4,629 nucleotides of DNA from a virus. Lineage: Duplodnaviria; Heunggongvirae; Uroviricota; Caudoviricetes. The stretch lies in the IMG/VR virus record IMGVR_UViG_2706794663_000006; one strand, 5' to 3'. The translations under genes and the position numbers were made by a program. The number at the start of each line of letters is the position of its first letter. Within the stretch, counting starts at the first letter, position 1. Of the stretch, positions 1 to 4,629 are shown piece after piece. The notes below the pieces were generated by a model that was given only the letters and a program-made list of their open reading frames with translations, did not search any database and had not been told where the DNA came from.

Positions 1-28
1 AGGGACAGCTGATAGAAACAGAAGCCAC
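1..28 (-). CDS. insA: IS1 InsA, N-terminal 9 codons only (partial, runs off window)
   Basis: GTG start at 28..26 on the minus strand, preceded by GAGG. Codons GTG GCT TCT GTT TCT ATC AGC TGT CCC give (M)ASVSISCP, the known InsA N-terminus. Position corresponds to IS1 nt 56, the canonical insA start. Confidence 0.7.
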
Positions 29-83
29 TGGAGCACCTCAAAAACACCATCATACACTAAATCAGTAAGTTGGCAGCATCACC
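1..83 (-). mobile_element. IS1 insertion sequence, left terminus (partial; element continues beyond window start)
   Basis: Reverse complement of 61..83 is GGTGATGCTGCCAACTTACTGAT, which I recognise as the IS1 terminal inverted repeat. The minus strand continues TTAGTGTATGATGGTGTTTTTGAGGTGCTCCAGTGGCTTCTGTTTCTATCAGCTGTCCCT, matching the known IS1 left end through the insA start. Identification is from memory of the IS1 sequence, not a search. Confidence 0.85.
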
Positions 84-260
84 GTTTTAACGTTACTAAT
101 AAATCGTGAAACAATCTCCTCATTTGTTAGTATTTTCGCCTGAGCACAGCAAGAGGTTAATATTGCAACCGTCATTAAAAATGGCTTTATCACAAAACAA
201 ACTCCATTGTTAGCATGTTACGCGATAATTTTGCCTCATCTTTCACCACAAAAAAAGAAC

Positions 261-2210
261 TCACCTTTTAAATGGAGAATACCCAACATCATGGGTGATT
301 TTCATAAAGGGATCGCCTGTTTTCGGCAAATCGATAACGCGCATTCCAGGCGGCGCGTTGTCAAACGTCACCTTAAGTTCGCTGCGGGTTGCCGGTGAAG
401 ATGCAAGGCTTAACAGCTGATTCCTTTCCAGTGATACATTCGGGGTGTAGCGTTTATCGGGAGATAAATACCCATCACCACGTGGCATCTGCCATCCGGT
501 CATGTCATAGACAAAATCATGGAACTGTTTGCCCCACTCGTCGAACTTATCATTCAGACCAAATCCACTGTTCAGTGCATCAGCCACAAAATTTTTAACA
601 AGCCAGGGATGTGCTTTTTCAAACTCCTGCGCCATCATGCCCAGTTCAAGCAATCCACCAATCAGACTGATCTTTCCGAGGCCCTTTAATTTCAGCCCTG
701 TTTTTCCTGCCGCCGTTGTCCATTGATTCTGGGCGACTGTTGCCGCACGAATACTTGCCACCGCCTTCACACCAATATACAGGGCAGAAACCGTTGCTAT
801 TGTTTTTACTGCCTGTTCCCATCCCCCCATTGCTCTGACAACCTGATCAACCTCCTGCCAGACTTTTTTCACAACCGGACCGACCGTTTCCCAGTTATCA
901 ATTATGAGATATGCACCACCGACGAGAAGCGCAATTAATCCCTTTGCCGGCGTCATATTCATCACGCTACCCATGATTTTTGTTATGCGTGTCAATGTGC
1001 CAATCGCCACGCCCATCGTCAGTAATGCCGCACCAGTTTTCGCGATGGTTTTTACGACCTCAGGATTTTCTCTGACAAACGTGCGCACTTCTTCCAGAAA
1101 AGGCTTCATCTCTTTTATGCCTTCATTGAGTGAAGGCAGGAAGGTTTCCCCCAGCGTGGAAGAAATCGCATTGATCTGGTTCTGCAGCAGCAACAACTGA
1201 TTTTCTGTCGTCGCGGCACGGGCGGCATATTCTTTCTGCATTGAGCCGCCATACTGCTGCGCATCCGCCACACGATTAAAGTTGGTTCGCAACAAATCCA
1301 GATTCGTGAGCAGCGGCGCAATGGCCCCCAGGGATTCCTTCCCGAACAGCGCTTTCAGCACAGCAGCCTGTTTTTCTTTCGGCACTTTTGCCAGAGAATC
1401 CAGTACGTGCAGCATGGCCCCGCGGGCGTCTTTCTGCATATCCGCCGCCAGTTTTTTCGGGCTAATGCGCAACGAGCGGAGCACTTTTTTCTGCGATTTG
1501 GTGGCAGAATCCCTCGCTGTCAGCGACAACATAAAATTCTTTATCCCCGTCGCAGCAATTTCTGACTCCACCCCCATTCCGGCAATGGTTGCCCCCATTG
1601 CGGCAATCTCTCCGGAGGCCACACCCGCAACACTGCCTAAAGGGCCAATACGGGTCACAACATCAGAAATCTTTTTCGCACTTGCAGGACCGGTATTACC
1701 AAGATAGTTAATCTTATCCGCAAGCCCTGCCACCTCTCCCTGTGTCAGTTTAAAGGCAGTGCGCCACTGCGCCATCATCTGACCGGATTCTTCTGCCGTG
1801 GTGTCAAAGGCCACGCCCATCTTCACGGCATCGTCAGTAAACTGCATCAGCTCGTCACGGGCGATACCAGCCTGACCACCCGCCGCCACAATTTCGGCGA
1901 TACCTTCCGCCGACATGGGCAGTTCTGTTGACAGGTCGCGCACCTGCTCCGTCATTGCCTTAAACGCTTCCGGCGTATCCAGACCATCCACCACTTTCCG
2001 GACATCCGCCATTTTTGATTCAAGGGCAATGGCAGATTTGACCGGGAGCGCCAGCGCCCCCAGTACTGCGGTTCCGGCACCCGCTGCGCCCAGTAACAGG
2101 CTGGCAAACTCCTTTTTAAAACCTTTCAGCTGGCGCTGCATTCCCTTCAGCGGTGCCGATACCTTATCCACGGCAGTGATGATCGCCTTCAGCTGAAAAC
2201 TGTCAGCCAT
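261..2210 (-). CDS. Phage tail tape measure protein (649 aa)
   Basis: Long minus-strand ORF directly downstream of the tube and chaperone genes. The protein is Ala/Gly/Leu/Lys-rich and predicted helical, with a Gly/Ala-rich hydrophobic N-terminal segment (LLLGAAGAGTAVLGALALPV) and a central hydrophobic block (TGAALLTMGVAIGTLT..., LIALLVGGAYLII...), typical of tape measure proteins. GAGGAG Shine-Dalgarno sits 7 nt upstream of the ATG at 2210..2208. Coordinates include the TGA stop at 261..263. Confidence 0.9.
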   Translation of the reverse strand: MADSFQLKAIITAVDKVSAPLKGMQRQLKGFKKEFASLLLGAAGAGTAVLGALALPVKSAIALESKMADVRKVVDGLDTPEAFKAMTEQVRDLSTELPMSAEGIAEIVAAGGQAGIARDELMQFTDDAVKMGVAFDTTAEESGQMMAQWRTAFKLTQGEVAGLADKINYLGNTGPASAKKISDVVTRIGPLGSVAGVASGEIAAMGATIAGMGVESEIAATGIKNFMLSLTARDSATKSQKKVLRSLRISPKKLAADMQKDARGAMLHVLDSLAKVPKEKQAAVLKALFGKESLGAIAPLLTNLDLLRTNFNRVADAQQYGGSMQKEYAARAATTENQLLLLQNQINAISSTLGETFLPSLNEGIKEMKPFLEEVRTFVRENPEVVKTIAKTGAALLTMGVAIGTLTRITKIMGSVMNMTPAKGLIALLVGGAYLIIDNWETVGPVVKKVWQEVDQVVRAMGGWEQAVKTIATVSALYIGVKAVASIRAATVAQNQWTTAAGKTGLKLKGLGKISLIGGLLELGMMAQEFEKAHPWLVKNFVADALNSGFGLNDKFDEWGKQFHDFVYDMTGWQMPRGDGYLSPDKRYTPNVSLERNQLLSLASSPATRSELKVTFDNAPPGMRVIDLPKTGDPFMKITHDVGYSPFKR

Positions 2211-2289
2211 GCTTCATCTCCTCGTTAATGCGGACGGCCTCGGCTTCCAGTTCTGTAAACTGCGAAACAGCCCCCCGTCGCAGCTCCAG
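2203..2289 (-). CDS. 3' end of tail assembly chaperone or its frameshift-extended form (C-terminal 28 codons visible; upstream part masked by N-run)
   Basis: Of the three minus frames open after the gap, this one reads LELRRGAVSQFTELEAEAVRINEEMKHG* with E. coli-like codon choice (CTG, GAG, GCC, CGC, AAC). The other two frames use rare AGG/AGA/TTA codons and give implausible peptides. Its TGA stop (2205..2203) overlaps the tape measure start (ATGGCTGA), as expected for the G/GT-type chaperone product. Confidence 0.5.
   Translation of the reverse strand: MELRRGAVSQFTELEAEAVRINEEMKHG
2218..2223 (-). promoter_or_regulatory. Shine-Dalgarno (GAGGAG) for tape measure gene
   Basis: Minus strand reads GAGGAG, then a 7-nt spacer (ATGAAGC), then ATG at 2210..2208. 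Confidence 0.6.
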
Positions 2290-2290
2290 T

Positions 2291-2562
2291 NNNNNNNNNN
2301 NNNNNNNNNNNNNNNNNNNNNNNNNNNNNNNNNNNNNNNNNNNNNNNNNNNNNNNNNNNNNNNNNNNNNNNNNNNNNNNNNNNNNNNNNNNNNNNNNNNN
2401 NNNNNNNNNNNNNNNNNNNNNNNNNNNNNNNNNNNNNNNNNNNNNNNNNNNNNNNNNNNNNNNNNNNNNNNNNNNNNNNNNNNNNNNNNNNNNNNNNNNN
2501 NNNNNNNNNNNNNNNNNNNNNNNNNNNNNNNNNNNNNNNNNNNNNNNNNNNNNNNNNNNNNN
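2291..2562. other. Run of 272 N (assembly gap or masked sequence) inside the tail assembly chaperone region
   Basis: Uninterrupted n characters from 2291 to 2562. Flanked on both sides by minus-strand coding sequence. Confidence 0.99.
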
Positions 2563-2660
2563 TCGTCATACGTGGGCTCGCGCAACTCCAGCACATGCAG
2601 CATTTCGTTATGCGCTGTCACCGGTTTTTTTAAAACTATTTCTGTAACGTTCATTGCCAT
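2563..2660 (-). CDS. Tail assembly chaperone, 5' portion (32 codons visible: MAMNVTEIVLKKPVTAHNEMLHVLELREPTYD...; remainder masked)
   Basis: ATG at 2660..2658 overlaps the tube stop as TAATG. GGGAGGG Shine-Dalgarno lies 8 nt upstream. Position between tube and tape measure is the conserved location of the tail assembly chaperone (lambda G/GT, P2 E/E+E' analogues). Confidence 0.6.
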
Positions 2661-3016
2661 TACTGATACCCTCCCTCTTCGCCGTGGAATTCAAGATCTG
2701 CCGTGCCTTCTTCGGCATTATGATTAGCCTCTCCGTGCAGCCATGCCGCCGAAAGCACATACACCATGCCGTTTGCCAGCTCAGCGGTAATCGTCATCTG
2801 GTCTGAGGTGGTAATTTTGTCGACCGGAAAGTTTTTGGGCACTTTAAACGTGCCCTTAACGTAAGGTGACCGCCAGGTCTCCTTGTAATCCACATCCCCT
2901 GCCATGCCGACGATGTCATCCCGGACATTGGTGTTCATCGGCACTTCAATGCCACCTGTCAGCGATAACTGCTGACCATCCACTTTAAAAAAACAGGTTC
3001 CGGCGATCTTTGCCAT
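2660..3016 (-). CDS. Phage contractile tail tube protein (118 aa)
   Basis: Small ORF immediately after the sheath gene and before the chaperone and tape measure. Size and position fit Mu-type tail tube proteins. Start ATG 3016..3014 overlaps the sheath stop (TAATG); GAGGAG lies 8 nt upstream. Confidence 0.8.
   Translation of the reverse strand: MAKIAGTCFFKVDGQQLSLTGGIEVPMNTNVRDDIVGMAGDVDYKETWRSPYVKGTFKVPKNFPVDKITTSDQMTITAELANGMVYVLSAAWLHGEANHNAEEGTADLEFHGEEGGYQ
2669..2675 (-). promoter_or_regulatory. Shine-Dalgarno (GGGAGGG) for chaperone gene
   Basis: Minus strand reads GGGAGGG, then an 8-nt spacer, then ATG at 2660..2658. The motif lies inside the 3' end of the tube gene. Confidence 0.55.
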
Positions 3017-4512
3017 TATGCTGACTCCTCTGAATACTGAAGACGGAACTGGTTAACCACCGCAAAGACACGTAACTGATTAACATAATCCGGCGGGAAC
3101 AGCGTATTCAGTCGGTTCGGGTTATCTGCATCACGCTCAACTATCAGATACTGTTTAAACAGATCGTAATTTTCCACAATACCGGCACGCTCCATCTGAC
3201 GATATGTCGCCAGAAGTTCCCCTTTGATAACGGCAGGAGTGACAATCGCCTGCCCCGGACCAAAACGGGTACCATCATTTGCCAGCTTGTGACGTCCGTA
3301 CTTGCTTGTGATGACCGATTTCAGTTTGCGAAGAACATATGCACTGGTATGCAGAGTTTCACTGTCCAGATAGCTGTTGTCTGCCACGCCATACGCATTC
3401 TTTTTGTAGGTGGTTACGGAACGCTGGATCTGCAACGTGCCGCCTTCCACATAAGCCGTCGCCACGCCGTGAGATAAAAGGGTCTGCTGCTCTGTCATGA
3501 TGAATCGCTTACCTTTCGGTGCCGGAAGCATCCCCACCAGCTCCCCCGTCTGTGTCGGACGGGCAGGATCATTCCGGATAAATACCGCTTCACGGGCAAG
3601 GCGACTGGCAACCAGTTCATCGACAGGCGACTGGGTTTCTTTTTCGTAACCGGCAAGCGTGATATGTTGCTGATTATGCATATCTCCGGCACCAACCAGC
3701 TCTGACAGCGTTCCCAGTTTTGCGGTATAGCCATGCCCGTATAACTGGCGCGCATAACTCCAGCGACCGCTGCTGTCATTCATTTCGGTCATCATCATAT
3801 TGATGGAGGCGGCATCGTTGAACGGCAGACCGATAAAGTCGAATGCCTCATCGCCCATAGCAGCAACAGCGGCGGTAAGATCAGGCGCTCCGCTACCGGC
3901 AGCACCGACTTCCGTCACCACCCGAAGCCCTGCTGGCAGAATCTCACCACCACCAGAACCATAATAATTCAGACAGACCGGTAACTCATTACCATACAGC
4001 CCCTTATGACGGGCAGTCAGCGTCACCACACCTGCATCAGATGACGCCGTAAACGGCAGGGTGATAACCCCGTTTACCGCTTCCTTAATCGCGGTGGCAA
4101 CCGCAGTGGCATCATCGCCATTCACCACAGGCACCTGTACACGGGAGCGCCCGACATACAGACTCAGGGTGCCGCTTTCCTCTGCTTCTCCGGCAACCGT
4201 CACCCTGACCGTCGCCGCCGCCCCTCTGGCTTCCGGTACTGCAATAACATACAGTTCACCGAAAGGATCTGTCTGACGGTAGACTTCCACCATACGCGCC
4301 AGCTGGCTCCCCGCCCCACAAATCTGGCGGGCATAATCTGCCGATGGCATCAGCACCAGGCTGTTAACCTCAATGGCTGCATCGTTGCTGGCATGCCCGA
4401 TCAGTAATGCAGGCGCGCTGGTCACCGCTGTATTTGCCGCAGAATTGTTCATCTCGGCGTAGAACAACGGCACCAGCGTATTCGACGGAACAGTATTAAA
4501 ACTTATCGTCAT
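3016..4512 (-). CDS. Phage contractile tail sheath protein (498 aa)
   Basis: Roughly 500-aa ORF immediately upstream of the tube gene in the conserved sheath-tube-chaperone-tape measure order. Size fits Mu/SfV-type sheath proteins rather than the shorter P2 FI type. ATG at 4512..4510 is the first in-frame start (in-frame stops at 4521 and 4527 upstream). Confidence 0.8.
   Translation of the reverse strand: MTISFNTVPSNTLVPLFYAEMNNSAANTAVTSAPALLIGHASNDAAIEVNSLVLMPSADYARQICGAGSQLARMVEVYRQTDPFGELYVIAVPEARGAAATVRVTVAGEAEESGTLSLYVGRSRVQVPVVNGDDATAVATAIKEAVNGVITLPFTASSDAGVVTLTARHKGLYGNELPVCLNYYGSGGGEILPAGLRVVTEVGAAGSGAPDLTAAVAAMGDEAFDFIGLPFNDAASINMMMTEMNDSSGRWSYARQLYGHGYTAKLGTLSELVGAGDMHNQQHITLAGYEKETQSPVDELVASRLAREAVFIRNDPARPTQTGELVGMLPAPKGKRFIMTEQQTLLSHGVATAYVEGGTLQIQRSVTTYKKNAYGVADNSYLDSETLHTSAYVLRKLKSVITSKYGRHKLANDGTRFGPGQAIVTPAVIKGELLATYRQMERAGIVENYDLFKQYLIVERDADNPNRLNTLFPPDYVNQLRVFAVVNQFRLQYSEESA
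3025..3030 (-). promoter_or_regulatory. Shine-Dalgarno (GAGGAG) for tail tube gene
   Basis: Minus strand reads GAGGAG, then an 8-nt spacer (TCAGCATA), then ATG at 3016..3014. The motif lies inside the last codons of the sheath gene. Confidence 0.55.
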
Positions 4513-4522
4513 GATTTTTTAG

Positions 4523-4530
4523 CCTTATCC
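4523..4530 (-). promoter_or_regulatory. Shine-Dalgarno-like purine tract (GGATAAGG) for sheath gene
   Basis: Minus strand reads CAAGGATAAGGCTAAAAAATC then ATG. AAGG lies about 10 nt upstream of the start. Confidence 0.4.
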
Positions 4531-4574
4531 TTGAGGTGTACTGGCAATAGCGGACACTACCATTTGTTCTTTTT

Positions 4575-4629
4575 TTAAGCAGCCATCTGATGATATTTTT
4601 CCCTGAAGGCTGCCGGGGAGATATTCCCC
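4575..4629 (-). CDS. Possible 3' end of the gene upstream of the sheath (partial; only about 17 codons, ...GNISPAAFREKYHQMAA*)
   Basis: One minus frame is open from the window edge to a TAA at 4577..4575, leaving a 62-nt gap before the sheath start. The other frames give less protein-like peptides. Too short to confirm. Confidence 0.25.
   Translation of the reverse strand, partial: GNISPAAFREKYHQMAA

Noticed and set aside
181-213. 10-codon plus-strand ORF (ATG at 181, MALSQNKLHC*)
   Set aside because: Too short, and the nearest purine-rich tract lies about 25 nt upstream, too far to serve as a ribosome binding site.
124-229. Promoter-like hexamers in the AT-rich spacer (for example TTGCAA 163..168 with TTTATC 186..191; TAATAT 157..162; GATAAT 224..229) and a loose direct repeat CATT(T)GTTAG at about 121..130 and 205..213
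   Set aside because: Such hexamers arise by chance in AT-rich DNA. Spacing and match quality are mediocre and there is no downstream gene in the right orientation. The repeat is short and imperfect.
240-263. Possible intrinsic terminator right after the tape measure stop (T7 run on the minus strand from plus-strand A-run 251..257)
   Set aside because: No GC-rich stem-loop precedes the T-run. Flanking TCACC/GGTGA motifs are direct, not inverted, repeats. Not supportable as a rho-independent terminator.
261-560. RGD motif (MPRGDGYL) near the tape measure C-terminus as a possible adhesion signal
   Set aside because: A three-residue motif is expected by chance in a 649-aa protein. There is no supporting context.
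207-2196. Plus-strand ORFs 207..398, 389..598, 529..726, 723..938, 904..1200, 1282..1707 and 1915..2196, and minus-strand alternative-frame ORF 1115..1321
   Set aside because: All lie antisense to, or out of frame within, the tape measure gene. Their translations are Ser/Cys/Pro/Arg-rich and low-complexity, with no Shine-Dalgarno. This is typical of spurious ORFs opposite a real gene.
2209-2727. X-containing ORFs spanning the N-run (2209..2727 +, 2228..2647 +, 2225..2596 -, and the 148-aa 2214..2660 - reading)
   Set aside because: Their length comes from translating N as X. The plus-strand ones are also antisense to the operon. Only the visible 5' segment (2563..2660) and the -1 frame 3' segment (2203..2289) are treated as real coding sequence.
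3289-4276. Plus-strand ORFs 3289..3477 and 4061..4276, and minus-strand alternative-frame ORF 3495..3779, inside the sheath gene
   Set aside because: Embedded in or antisense to the sheath coding sequence. No ribosome binding sites and implausible composition.
1-4629. CRISPR arrays, tRNA or rRNA genes, and integrase or att-site signatures
   Set aside because: No regularly spaced repeats, no tRNA-like T-loop or acceptor signatures, and no long conserved rRNA-like sequence were seen on either strand.

Overview
The window holds the distal part of a prophage contractile-tail (myovirus, Mu/SfV-like) structural operon, all on the minus strand: tail sheath (3016..4512), tail tube (2660..3016), a tail assembly chaperone region mostly hidden by a 272-nt N-run (2291..2562), and the tail tape measure protein (261..2210). 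Genes are tightly coupled by TAATG stop/start overlaps and Shine-Dalgarno motifs embedded in the upstream gene. Downstream of the tape measure there is a 177-bp AT-rich non-coding spacer (84..260), then the terminal 83 bp of an IS1 insertion sequence (1..83, minus orientation, running off the window) including the GTG start of insA. No tRNA, rRNA or CRISPR array is visible. I see no evidence in the unmasked sequence for a novel defence or effector system; the locus reads as a conventional, possibly IS1-disrupted prophage tail module. What lies in the N-run cannot be assessed. Family-level names rest on gene order, size and sequence character, not on a database search.
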